A DNA stretch of 64,000 bases from Pseudomonadota bacterium (GCA_043818915.1 JBDRFJ010000166.1:37641-101640); one strand, 5' to 3'; shown: positions 35,606 through 44,245, numbered from the stretch's first letter. The notes: generated from the sequence alone by a model not told the origin. Program-made: numbers and translations.

Positions 35606-36107
35606 TCTATGTGTTGTGATGTTTTGCCTATCAATCACTTCTTGTGGCTACCATTTCGCGGGGGGAGAAAACAACTTGCCGCCTGATATCCGCTCTATTG
35701 CCATCTTGGTATTTGAAAACAGGACATCGGAATCTGGAATAGAGAATGATTTTACCAATGACCTTGTCTATGAATTTACCCGTGGCAAGCTGCTTGCTAT
35801 TGCAGAAAAGGATAGCGCAGACGCTGTCTTGACCGGTATTATTAAGCAACTCGGAAGCCAGGCCATAACTTACACTAAAGAAGTTGTCGCAGCAGAACAA
35901 CGTGTCTATGTTATTTTGGATGTCCGGTTAAAGAGATCCGACAATGGCGACGTATTGTGGAGCGATGAGTCGTTTACTGAAAAGGAAGAGTACACCGTGA
36001 TTGCGTCCGACAAAGCAGCAACAGAAGCGAACAAAAGAGCGGCAATCAAAGAACTGTCCGAACGCTCAGCGGAAAAGATCCACAACAGAATATTTCAGGG
36101 TTTTTGA
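35577..36107 (+). CDS. lptE: LPS-assembly lipoprotein LptE
   Basis: Lipobox-like SITSCGYHF, the LptE-like fold pattern, and conserved synteny directly after leuS. The start is uncertain: TTG 35577 gives a basic n-region, and ATG 35619 is the alternative. Confidence 0.72.
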   Translation: MRNLGIRGLSLCVVMFCLSITSCGYHFAGGENNLPPDIRSIAILVFENRTSESGIENDFTNDLVYEFTRGKLLAIAEKDSADAVLTGIIKQLGSQAITYTKEVVAAEQRVYVILDVRLKRSDNGDVLWSDESFTEKEEYTVIASDKAATEANKRAAIKELSERSAEKIHNRIFQGF

Positions 36108-36110
36108 AAC

Positions 36111-36200
36111 GGATTTAGGGATTGAGGAATTTAGGAATTAAGAATCAAGGAATTTAGAGTTACAATTCTTGAATTCCTCAATCCCTCAATTCTTAATTCT
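36111..36200. repeat. GGAATT-period palindrome filling the lptE / rpsT convergent gap
   Basis: agggattgaggaatt pairs with gaattcctcaatccct, and gaattaagaat pairs with attcttaattc. Confidence 0.7.
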
Positions 36201-36201
36201 A

Positions 36202-36465
36202 CTATCCAAGTGCGTTGATCTGTCTTGTAAGGCGAGAAATTTTTCTTGCGGCGTTGTTCCGGTGAATAACTTTTTTGCCGGCAGCCGTAGCGATAGTTGG
36301 GACAGCAACCTTAAGAGCGCTGATAGCCTGCTCTTTGGAGTTGCTCTGAATCGCGATACGAACATCTTTAATAACACTTTTTACCCGGGTCCGGACAGCT
36401 TTGTTTCTTAGGTTATGAATAGTGTTTTGCCCGGCCCTCTTAATAGCTGATTTATGGTTTGCCAA
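36202..36465 (-). CDS. rpsT: 30S ribosomal protein S20
   Basis: MANHKSAIKRAGQN... 87-aa basic protein typical of S20. Confidence 0.95.
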   Translation of the reverse strand: MANHKSAIKRAGQNTIHNLRNKAVRTRVKSVIKDVRIAIQSNSKEQAISALKVAVPTIATAAGKKVIHRNNAARKISRLTRQINALG

Positions 36466-36562
36466 TTATGGTACTCCCTTCTAAAAGTTGTATTTACTTT
36501 ATAAAAATAATATTAATAAACAAATTATTTATATATTGTCAAGATCTAAATAGGCTTGTTTT

Positions 36563-38116
36563 ATGTCTGAAAACAAAGAAGTGACCAAGGCCGCCGGCGT
36601 TGTGGGGGCGGCAACATTATTGAGCCGTATCTTTGGACTCCTGCGAGATATAGTTACAGCGTGGTTCTTTGGAGCGGGGCTTGCATCAGATGCCTTTTTT
36701 GTGGCCTTCAGGATCCCCAACCTCTTGAGGAGGCTGTTTGCAGAAGGATCGCTTACCGTAGCATTTATTCCCGTCTTTACTGAATATCTTACAAAGCGAG
36801 GCCGGAAAGAAGCGTTTGAACTTGCTGGTTCGGCGTTTCGCCTACTTTCAGTGATTTTAGCGGCAGTTACGGTTGTGGGTGTACTGGTCGCGCCCTTTAT
36901 TGTAATCATTACTGCGCCGGGCTATATTGAATCTGCTGAAAAGTTTGAAGTTACCGTCCTTCTGACCAGAATCATGTTCCCGTACATCTTCTTTATCGGA
37001 CTCGTGGCCCTATGTATGGGAATATTAAATGCATTGGGGCACTTTGCGGCTCCTGCGTTGGCGCCGGTTTTTCTGAATCTTGCCATGATCGGATCGGTGT
37101 TTGGACTTGCATCGTTCTTTGAAAGACCTGTTATCGGTCTGGCCGTGGGAGTGTTGATAGGCGGCATGTTGCAACTTGCTTTTCAAGCCCCCTTTTTGCT
37201 AAAAAAAGGTTTTTTTTTCTGGAAAAGCTTTCCCTGGTATCATCCGGCGATTAAGCGCATAGGGAAATTAATGATACCCGCGGTATTGGGTTCAGCTGTC
37301 TATACTATCAGTAGTTTTATCGGAACCTTATTAGCGTCTTTACTGCCGGAAGGGAGCGTATCATATCTTTATTATGCAGATCGATTGGTGCAGTTCCCCC
37401 TGGGTGTTTTTGCTATTGCCATAGGGACTGCGGTCTTGCCGAGTCTTTCGCGGCAGGCGGCCTCTCATGATATGGACGCCTTACGGGATACCTTTGCATA
37501 TGCCCTGAGATTTGTCTTTTTCATTACGATCCCTGCGATGGTCGGCCTCATCGTTCTGAGGGTGCCTATCATCCAGCTTATTTTCAAAAGAGGGGCTTTT
37601 GATGCAACAGCTACCCAATTAACTGCAGAAGCTCTTCTCTACTATGCTATTGGGCTATGGGCAGCTTCAGGGCTTCGTGTTGTGGTCTCCACATTTTATG
37701 CCCTTCAGGATACAAAAACCCCTGTAAAGGTGGCTATCTTATCATTATCATCATATATTGTGTTAAGTATCATTCTCATGAACCCGATGCGTCACGGGGG
37801 CTTGGCATTGGCATTATCATTGTCATCCATGCTTAATTTTACAGTACTAATATGGTTTTTAAAGAAGCGGTTAGGGCGTATCGGGGGACGAAATATCTTA
37901 AAATCTGTGTCAATATCAAGCATTGCATCGATTGTGATGGGTCTGACAATAGCATGGTTTTTGAGTAACATAGAATTACAAGGCGACATCAACACCATAC
38001 GCCTTATGATGTACGTGGGATTATCTGTTGTGGGCGGAATCGTAATTTATGGTGGATTGTCCCGCATCTTTAAAAGCAAGGAATTGACTGCCGTCATTGG
38101 GATGTTGAGGAAATAG
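36563..38116 (+). CDS. murJ: lipid II flippase MurJ
   Basis: ATLLSRIFGLLRDIVTAWFFGAG, DAFFVAFRIPNLLRRLFAEGSL; 14-helix MviN/MurJ pattern. Confidence 0.93.
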   Translation: MSENKEVTKAAGVVGAATLLSRIFGLLRDIVTAWFFGAGLASDAFFVAFRIPNLLRRLFAEGSLTVAFIPVFTEYLTKRGRKEAFELAGSAFRLLSVILAAVTVVGVLVAPFIVIITAPGYIESAEKFEVTVLLTRIMFPYIFFIGLVALCMGILNALGHFAAPALAPVFLNLAMIGSVFGLASFFERPVIGLAVGVLIGGMLQLAFQAPFLLKKGFFFWKSFPWYHPAIKRIGKLMIPAVLGSAVYTISSFIGTLLASLLPEGSVSYLYYADRLVQFPLGVFAIAIGTAVLPSLSRQAASHDMDALRDTFAYALRFVFFITIPAMVGLIVLRVPIIQLIFKRGAFDATATQLTAEALLYYAIGLWAASGLRVVVSTFYALQDTKTPVKVAILSLSSYIVLSIILMNPMRHGGLALALSLSSMLNFTVLIWFLKKRLGRIGGRNILKSVSISSIASIVMGLTIAWFLSNIELQGDINTIRLMMYVGLSVVGGIVIYGGLSRIFKSKELTAVIGMLRK

Positions 38117-38196
38117 CTTTTTCAAACAAATAACTTCAAGTTTCTCGGATGCACAGATTGAATCCGCAATCTGAAATCCGAAATCCAAAATGGTAT

Positions 38197-38985
38197 ATGA
38201 CCGGCTTTATCGGAAATATCGGAAGACAAACCATCAAAAGTGTCGATCATTTTTTGGGACTTTTTGCCTTTGCCTTTAGAATGTTGACCCTTCTGTTCCG
38301 GAGACATAAAGAAGGGCGTAAAATGCTCTATAGGACGACGGTAAAACAAAGCTATTTTACCGCTATTCAGGCCTTGCCCATCGTGATTTTTATAGCGCTT
38401 CTTGTCGGAAGCGTCGTGATTATCCAATTTTTCGGATACGGGAAATTTGTTGAGGATGCTAATGTACTAAGCGATCTTATTGTTATTTTGATCATAAGAG
38501 AGATGGGACCTCTCTTTGTGGCCATTATAGTCATATTGCGTTCCGCTATAGCCGTTACTATCGAAACAGGGTATATGAGCATTCTTAAGGAAATGGATTC
38601 AATAGAGATGATGGGGCTTGACCCGGTACGAGTGGTCGGTTTGCCACGTCTATTAGGCATTACAACAGCAATGTTATGTTTGTTTTGGGTGTTTGATACC
38701 GTTGCCATATTTGGAGGCTATGCGGTGGCCTGGACAGCGACAAGCATCCCACTTGACAATTTTCTGGGTGGCGTAGGCAAGTCCATAACACCGACAGACA
38801 TCATTGTTCCGATCATAAAGGCATTCTTGTTCGGCGTGATTATTTCAACCAATTGCCTTTACAGGGGGCTTAATGTAAAACATGCCATAACAGAGATTCC
38901 ACCGACCTCTTCAAAAGCGGCAGTGGAATGCCTTCTCTATTGTCTTTTTGTCAACATTCTTGTTTCTGTTATTTTTTATTTGTGA
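38197..38985 (+). CDS. mlaE: MlaE-type ABC transporter permease
   Basis: REMGPLFVAIIVILRSAIAVTIETGYMSILKEMDSIEMMGLDPVRVVGLPRLLG matches the MlaE/Ttg2B family. The ORF-track start at 38149 lies in a repeat (aatccgcaatctgaaatccgaaatcc), so ATG 38197 is preferred. Confidence 0.85.
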   Translation: MTGFIGNIGRQTIKSVDHFLGLFAFAFRMLTLLFRRHKEGRKMLYRTTVKQSYFTAIQALPIVIFIALLVGSVVIIQFFGYGKFVEDANVLSDLIVILIIREMGPLFVAIIVILRSAIAVTIETGYMSILKEMDSIEMMGLDPVRVVGLPRLLGITTAMLCLFWVFDTVAIFGGYAVAWTATSIPLDNFLGGVGKSITPTDIIVPIIKAFLFGVIISTNCLYRGLNVKHAITEIPPTSSKAAVECLLYCLFVNILVSVIFYL

Positions 38986-38987
38986 AT

Positions 38988-39150
38988 GTAACTGCTTAGG
39001 TTCACGGTTCACGGTTTTAAGGTTATTTGATCATTACGTCCTTGCAAGGTAGTCTTGGGGAGCCCGTACACTTCTTTGTAAATGTGAAGAGGACAATGCA
39101 GGCAAGCTTGAACCGTGAACCCCTGAACTTTGAACCCTTGAACTGTTGAC
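38988..39150. repeat. GTTCACGGTTCA-family palindromic element (163 bp) between mlaE and the next gene
   Basis: gtaactgcttaggttcacggttcacgg ... gaaccgtgaacccctgaactttgaacccttgaactgttgac. Confidence 0.7.
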
Positions 39151-39162
39151 TATTTTATAGAT

Positions 39163-39852
39163 ATGGAACTCATAAGATTGCTTGATTACTCTCTGAGGGA
39201 CCCCGGCGGTGAAGCCGCATTACAGGAGATCAGTTTTTCTCTGAACAGGGGAGATAGGGTCTCAATCATCGCGCATGTCAGACATGATGTTCGGCTTTTT
39301 ATGAGGGGACTGGCATCTCTTGTTTGTCCAACAAGCGGGAAGTTTTTTTATCAAGGTAAAGAGCTTGATTTTTCAGATTACAGAAATCTTCTGCCTTACA
39401 AGCAAAAGGTAGGATATATTGCTTCTGATGTATCATTTATAAGCAGTAGGTCTGTAAGGGACAATTTAATGTTCATGATTAATTATTTTGAAAATAAATT
39501 TCTTACGACTCCCCCTGATGATATAATGAAATTGTGCAGGCTGTTTCATTTGGATGAAAAGCTGGATTTGCGCTCCACACATCTTGACACTGAGAATATG
39601 AGAATTGCTATTATAATACGTGAGATTTGCAAGAATCCGGATATTATGCTTATAGATAGGCCAAAGGAATTTTTAGGGACAAAGAGCTTTGATACATTTA
39701 AATCTGTTTTGAGAGGACTTGCGGATACAGGGACTACTTTAATCTTTCATGCGTTAGATGAAGATTTTATCAAAGAATTTGCAACGCGGGAGATTTTGAT
39801 AGAAGATGGGAAGATTGTGGAAGGTGCTGATGGTGGGGTGCTATGCAACTAA
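39163..39852 (+). CDS. MlaF-position ABC ATPase-like protein lacking all catalytic motifs
   Basis: ABC-ATPase-like length and layout (LQEISFSLNRGDRVSII ... PTSGKFFYQGKEL ... NPDIMLIDRP ... TLIFHALD). Walker A, the Q-loop, the LSGGQ signature, the Walker B Glu and the H-loop His are all substituted. Confidence 0.65.
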   Translation: MELIRLLDYSLRDPGGEAALQEISFSLNRGDRVSIIAHVRHDVRLFMRGLASLVCPTSGKFFYQGKELDFSDYRNLLPYKQKVGYIASDVSFISSRSVRDNLMFMINYFENKFLTTPPDDIMKLCRLFHLDEKLDLRSTHLDTENMRIAIIIREICKNPDIMLIDRPKEFLGTKSFDTFKSVLRGLADTGTTLIFHALDEDFIKEFATREILIEDGKIVEGADGGVLCN

Positions 39853-40811
39853 GCTTTAGTAAAATGGAAAAGATCGTAGGGCTCTTTATGGTGGTGTTAA
39901 TTACACTACTGTTGACTACTGTTGTGATGCTGGGAAGAGGAAAAGATTGGTTTAAAAAGTATATACCCTATTACACGGTTTTTAAAGAAGCTTATAACCT
40001 AAGCCCCAATGCCGTGGTAAAACTCTATAAGGCTGATATAGGCAAGGTCAAGAGGATTGTGGTAGAAGAGGACAGGGTCAGGGTAGAGTTGGGTATTCTG
40101 GAAGATTATGCCGCAAGGATAAGGGCCGACTCAACAGCAGTGGTGGAAAGCCCCACGTTCGTAGGCTCGGAATATGTTTCAATTAAACCCGGGACCGCCG
40201 GTGCCGAGCCCATACCTCCCGAGGGGTTGATCCCTTCAAAGGAAAAAAAGTCTCTGCAGGATATTTTGGCGGAATTTGAGGTCGAAAAAACGTCCAAGAT
40301 GATTATAGCGGCCGCCCAGGATGTATCCAAAATGATCGATCAGTTGACGGTGCCCGGAGGCCCCTTGTTTACATCCCTGGATAACACCAACAAGACGCTC
40401 GCCCACATTGAAAAGATTACAGGCCACCTTGAGCACGGCGAAGGAACGTTTGGGGTGCTGCTTAAATCGAAAGAGCCTTTGGAGAAGTTGTATGTGGAAA
40501 TAGATAAGCTTGGAAGAATATTGGAGAGCGTCGAAAGCGCGACCCCGGATGTTATGACTAATATAAAAGAATCGGTTACTCTTATAAAAGAATCGGTTAC
40601 TCTTATTAAGAAAACAATTATGAATATAGAAGAAGGAAGCTACGATGTGCCCAAAATAACAAAATCTACCAAACGGGGCGTGCGAGAAATAAGAGATGGC
40701 GTGGAAGAAATCGACAAGACGGTTAAATCTGTCCAGAAAAGTTTCCTTATACGTTCCAATCTCCCACAGGAGCCGGAAGGTGAGAACATAGATGTGGGGT
40801 TGAGAAAATGA
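39843..40811 (+). CDS. mlaD: MCE/MlaD-domain protein
   Basis: N-terminal anchor, then the MCE block (VKLYKADIGKVKRIVVEEDRVRVELGI...ADSTAVVESPTFVGSEYVSIKPG) and a long helical C-terminus. Confidence 0.82.
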   Translation: MQLSFSKMEKIVGLFMVVLITLLLTTVVMLGRGKDWFKKYIPYYTVFKEAYNLSPNAVVKLYKADIGKVKRIVVEEDRVRVELGILEDYAARIRADSTAVVESPTFVGSEYVSIKPGTAGAEPIPPEGLIPSKEKKSLQDILAEFEVEKTSKMIIAAAQDVSKMIDQLTVPGGPLFTSLDNTNKTLAHIEKITGHLEHGEGTFGVLLKSKEPLEKLYVEIDKLGRILESVESATPDVMTNIKESVTLIKESVTLIKKTIMNIEEGSYDVPKITKSTKRGVREIRDGVEEIDKTVKSVQKSFLIRSNLPQEPEGENIDVGLRK

Positions 40812-41749
40812 AACAGGTAAAGATTGCAATTTTATTGCTCCTTTTTATCCCTCTGTTCGCATGTGGCGGGGGAAAAACTGTAGCCCCGACGCCGGAACAT
40901 TTGAGCGCTGGTGGAAAACAGATACAAAAAGGGCTCAAGTGGTATAAGAAAGGATGTTACGACAGAGCGCTGGAGCATTTTTTAAGAGCCCACGAACTTT
41001 ATTCAGCATCAGACGTAACCGGCGGGGTTGCCATGAGCCTGAACAACCTGGGGAGTGTCTATCAAGGAATGGGAGATTATGAACGTGCTGTTTCATGCTT
41101 TGATGAGGCGTACCAGTTACAGCTGTATATCGGAGACAAGGTAGAGGCCGCCAGGACACTTTCCAATAAGGGATCGGCATTAATAGCAATAGGGAATTTG
41201 GAGGAAGCAGAAGCGGTGCTTGATAAAGCGTCGGATATGGCATTCAACGCCAAGGACAGAAAAGTACGGATCGGTATTCTGAACAACAAGGGCGTTTTGC
41301 GGACAAAGAACAAAGAGTACAAAGAGGCGGAAAAGCTTCTTGCGGACTGCCTGAAGGAAACACAACAATATGACTCTTCGCAAAGCGCATCTGTAAATTT
41401 TGCCCTCGGAAACCTAATGCTCGAAACCGACAGGCTTGAAAAAGCCGCTTCTTTTTTTGCCAAGGCTCTTGAATTTGATCAAAGGATAGGTTTTTATAAA
41501 GGTATGGCCGACGATCTATTTTACATGGGGCTGGCGTTTTCCAGGGCTGGAAAAGAGAAACAAGCAATAGAAAGCTGGAAACGGAGCGCAAAAATTTATG
41601 CCTTGATCGGATGTGTCAATGATGTCAACAATACAATGAAATATTTGCAGGAATTATCCCTCAAGCATAGTGTCGACATAAGCCTGACAGAGTCATTCAT
41701 TGAGCGTTGGCTGAGTGGGGAGTCGTACGAAAGTCCGTGTAATGATTAG
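40808..41749 (+). CDS. TPR-repeat lipoprotein
   Basis: Lipoprotein signal LLLLFIPLFACGGG, followed by several TPR-like units. ATGA overlap with mlaD. Confidence 0.72.
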   Translation: MKQVKIAILLLLFIPLFACGGGKTVAPTPEHLSAGGKQIQKGLKWYKKGCYDRALEHFLRAHELYSASDVTGGVAMSLNNLGSVYQGMGDYERAVSCFDEAYQLQLYIGDKVEAARTLSNKGSALIAIGNLEEAEAVLDKASDMAFNAKDRKVRIGILNNKGVLRTKNKEYKEAEKLLADCLKETQQYDSSQSASVNFALGNLMLETDRLEKAASFFAKALEFDQRIGFYKGMADDLFYMGLAFSRAGKEKQAIESWKRSAKIYALIGCVNDVNNTMKYLQELSLKHSVDISLTESFIERWLSGESYESPCND

Positions 41750-41769
41750 AGACAAATCGGTAGGTGAGT

Positions 41770-42020
41770 ATCATAGACTTTCAGAAAAAGTTTTTGATTT
41801 TTGGATATGACACATGGCTTGAGTAAATCCGAAATTCGAATACCGAAATCCGAAACAAATCGTAAATTCAAATATCAAATGTTCAAAACATTATTCAATC
41901 TTGCGCTGTACCGTATTCATTGCGAATCAAGAGTACAATCTTTCAAATTATATTTTTTCGTATTTTGAATTTTGGTCATTTGTATTTGTTTCGAATTTCG
42001 GTATTCGAATTTCGGATTTA
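41770..42020 (+). repeat. AAATCCGAAAT-family element, two-armed copy with conserved 5' module
   Basis: The 5' module is tatcatagactttcagaaaaagtttttgattttt. The left arm aaatccgaaattcgaataccgaaatccgaaacaaat...gttcaaaac pairs imperfectly with the right arm gtattttgaattttggtcatttgtatttgtttcgaatttcggtattcgaatttcggattt. Confidence 0.75.
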
Positions 42021-42103
42021 ATTACGCGTCGTATTTCGTACTTGAGCCTTTTCCTTACCTTAAAGACATTTTATTGAAAACTATGTGAGGAGATGTTAGA
42101 GGA

Positions 42104-42400
42104 ATGAAGAAAAGATTACTTATTGTTGCATGGGTAGTAATCTTTTTTTTTCTTCTCCTATGCATCATATTCGGGGAGAAAGGAACGATTGATCTATACC
42201 ATTTGAAATCCGAATCGGATCGTTTGACCGGCGTTACTGATGACCTCAAAAAGGAAAATCAGGATTTCTATCGCAACGTTAAACGGTTAAAAGATGATCC
42301 GGAATACATAGAAGAAGTGGCGCGGGAAGAATTCGGGATGGTCGCAAGAGACGAGATTATCTACCAGTTTAAGGGGGAAAAAGAAGCAAAAAAGAAATAG
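42104..42400 (+). CDS. ftsB: septum formation initiator FtsB/DivIC family
   Basis: Single N-terminal helix, a coiled coil, and DPEYIEEVAREEFGMVARDEII, characteristic of FtsB. Confidence 0.85.
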   Translation: MKKRLLIVAWVVIFFFLLLCIIFGEKGTIDLYHLKSESDRLTGVTDDLKKENQDFYRNVKRLKDDPEYIEEVAREEFGMVARDEIIYQFKGEKEAKKK

Positions 42401-43231
42401 CTTGCCTGCCTACAATGCCCTCAAGAAATCCCCCCCCCTCCATTTTTGCCTGACACTAAATTTGTCGGCTATAGCTACTCGACCTGCTGCCCACGGCTGA
42501 TAGACTCCATAACCGACCGTTCAGGCAGAACGACTAACTTTGTTTATGACGCGCTCAAACAACTGGTCGAGATCACGAATCCCGAACAAGGGGCCACAAA
42601 ATACGCGTATGATCCCAACGGCAACCTCACACAATTGATCGATCCGAACAAAAACATAACAATTTTTGACTATGACCTTGAAAACCGACTGTCTGAAAAG
42701 ACCTTTGCCGACGGCAACTATATATCCTTTGCCTATGACAAAAACGGGCTCTTGACCACCCGAATCGATGCCCGGGGGATTCAGACCGAATACTTTTACG
42801 ATGAAAACTATAATCTCATCACTGTCAGCTACTCAGACGGCACACCGGAGCTCATATTCGAGTACGACGACCATAACCGTCTCACCTTCATGCAGGACGC
42901 AACAGGCGAGCATTATTATACCTATAATGCGAATTCTCAGATAGTAACGGTTGACGGTCCATGGTCGGATGACACCATTACGTACGCGTATGACGCGCTC
43001 GGAAGAAGAACAGGAATTACACCCCAGGTGGGCCAGGCTCTAACCCACATCTATGATAACCTCCACAGGCTGACAGAGATTCAAGCCGGTGCAGGCACAG
43101 GAATCTCTGGAATGCTGACTCATACTTGGTACGAAGGCAAATATAATCTTAAGGATCTTCCAAGCGATATATTGGATAAACTTCAGCCTTATCTGCCTGA
43201 ACTTTTGAATTTAGACGATCCTTGTCAATAA
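42401..43231 (+). pseudogene. 5'-truncated RHS/YD-repeat protein fragment
   Basis: Repeated YD units (FVYDALKQL, YAYDPNGNL, FDYDLENRL, FAYDKNGLL, YFYDENYNL, YAYDALGRR). The frame is open from right after the ftsB stop but has no ATG or RBS; the first candidate start is TTG 42446. There is no RHS core or toxin tip. Confidence 0.6.
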
Positions 43232-43714
43232 TTGGGGAATAAGAAGATGTTGGCTGATATGAAACGGGAAGGTTTAATTGTTAGTAGCAGTAATGTTCCA
43301 GTGATAAGGGCGGGCTATTCAAATATTATCCTTTTGCTACTTCTTGTTATGTTAGTCCTTATCAATCAAGTTTTGAATGATTTTGGTATGGCTTTATTCC
43401 CCAGGGGGCTAATACTTTTGGGCCTTTGTTTGGTGATACTGAAAGTATATACCCATTCCGTATCAAGAATATTCATCAATGATGGAAAAACACTTGTACT
43501 GGTTGGTCCGTTCTCTGAATCTAAAATTAATGCTGGCGAAATAGTTGAAACTAAAGTCTATGGCATCCCATCGTCCATGACTATTTTTCTTAAGATTAAA
43601 AGAAAAGCATCGACTTTGCCCGTATTCTATTTTTTTGTTGCAGCATCAACAAGTTACGGGACGTATGCCAACACAAAAACAAAATTACTTTCACTCCTGG
43701 GGGAATTGAACTAG
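43232..43714 (+). CDS. small membrane protein (two helices plus soluble C-terminal domain), unknown function
   Basis: 160-aa ORF abutting the RHS fragment stop, with in-frame ATG at 43247. Hydrophobic stretch NIILLLLLVMLVLI and LILLGLCLVIL; followed by a terminator. Confidence 0.5.
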   Translation: MGNKKMLADMKREGLIVSSSNVPVIRAGYSNIILLLLLVMLVLINQVLNDFGMALFPRGLILLGLCLVILKVYTHSVSRIFINDGKTLVLVGPFSESKINAGEIVETKVYGIPSSMTIFLKIKRKASTLPVFYFFVAASTSYGTYANTKTKLLSLLGELN

Positions 43715-43721
43715 GCCAGGA

Positions 43722-43790
43722 GTAAGTCCGGGTCTTCAATATTAAGTTTTCGGCATACCAGAAGGCGGTTGAGCTTTTTTCTTAACCGCC
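43722..43790 (+). repeat. direct repeat copy 1 (69 bp) bracketing the TA cassette
   Basis: gtaagtccgggtcttcaatattaagttttcggcataccagaaggcggttgagcttttttcttaaccgcc. About 87 percent identical to 44997-45066 by manual alignment. Confidence 0.8.
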
Positions 43791-43801
43791 TTTTTCTTTT
43801 T
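43762..43801 (+). terminator. rho-independent terminator inside direct repeat copy 1
   Basis: aaggcggtt-gagcttttttct-taaccgcctt followed by a T-rich run. Confidence 0.65.
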
Positions 43802-43975
43802 AGGGGAGCCTCTTGGGGCGGACGTGATGTGGAGCGACCGGAGATCCCGGAGCCGCCGGAGAAAGCCCGGAGCCTGGGCGGGCGGGGGATAGAGAACAGA
43901 CGGGCTGAAGGATGCGGCAGTGGAAGATCCCGCCAGCGGCGGGACTGAAGCCCGCAGCCGAAGACCTACCGCTTC

Positions 43976-44245
43976 TTAAGGGAAATAGCGATAGATATCT
44001 TTTCTGTGGAGAAGCCTGACAAAGGTAACCGTCTCGTTTTCGATGATAAGACCGAGACGGTAATTACCGATTCTGATACGATAATAAGAGCCTTCCGCTT
44101 TTAGTTTTTTCAGGTTTGTTATATCGGTGGCCCTATCAGAGGACTCGACTTGCAGGATGGTTTCTTCAACTCGAGATAAAAGAGTTCTATCTTTGGAATA
44201 GTTTCTTAGATCCCTGGTAAAACTCTTTTTAAATGCTGTTTTCAT
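43976..44245 (-). CDS. RelE/ParE-family type II toxin
   Basis: 89 aa. YYRIRIGNYRLGLIIENETVTFVRLLHRKDIY is the RelE/ParE C-terminal signature. The start overlaps the upstream gene (ATGA). Confidence 0.85.
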   Translation of the reverse strand: MKTAFKKSFTRDLRNYSKDRTLLSRVEETILQVESSDRATDITNLKKLKAEGSYYRIRIGNYRLGLIIENETVTFVRLLHRKDIYRYFP

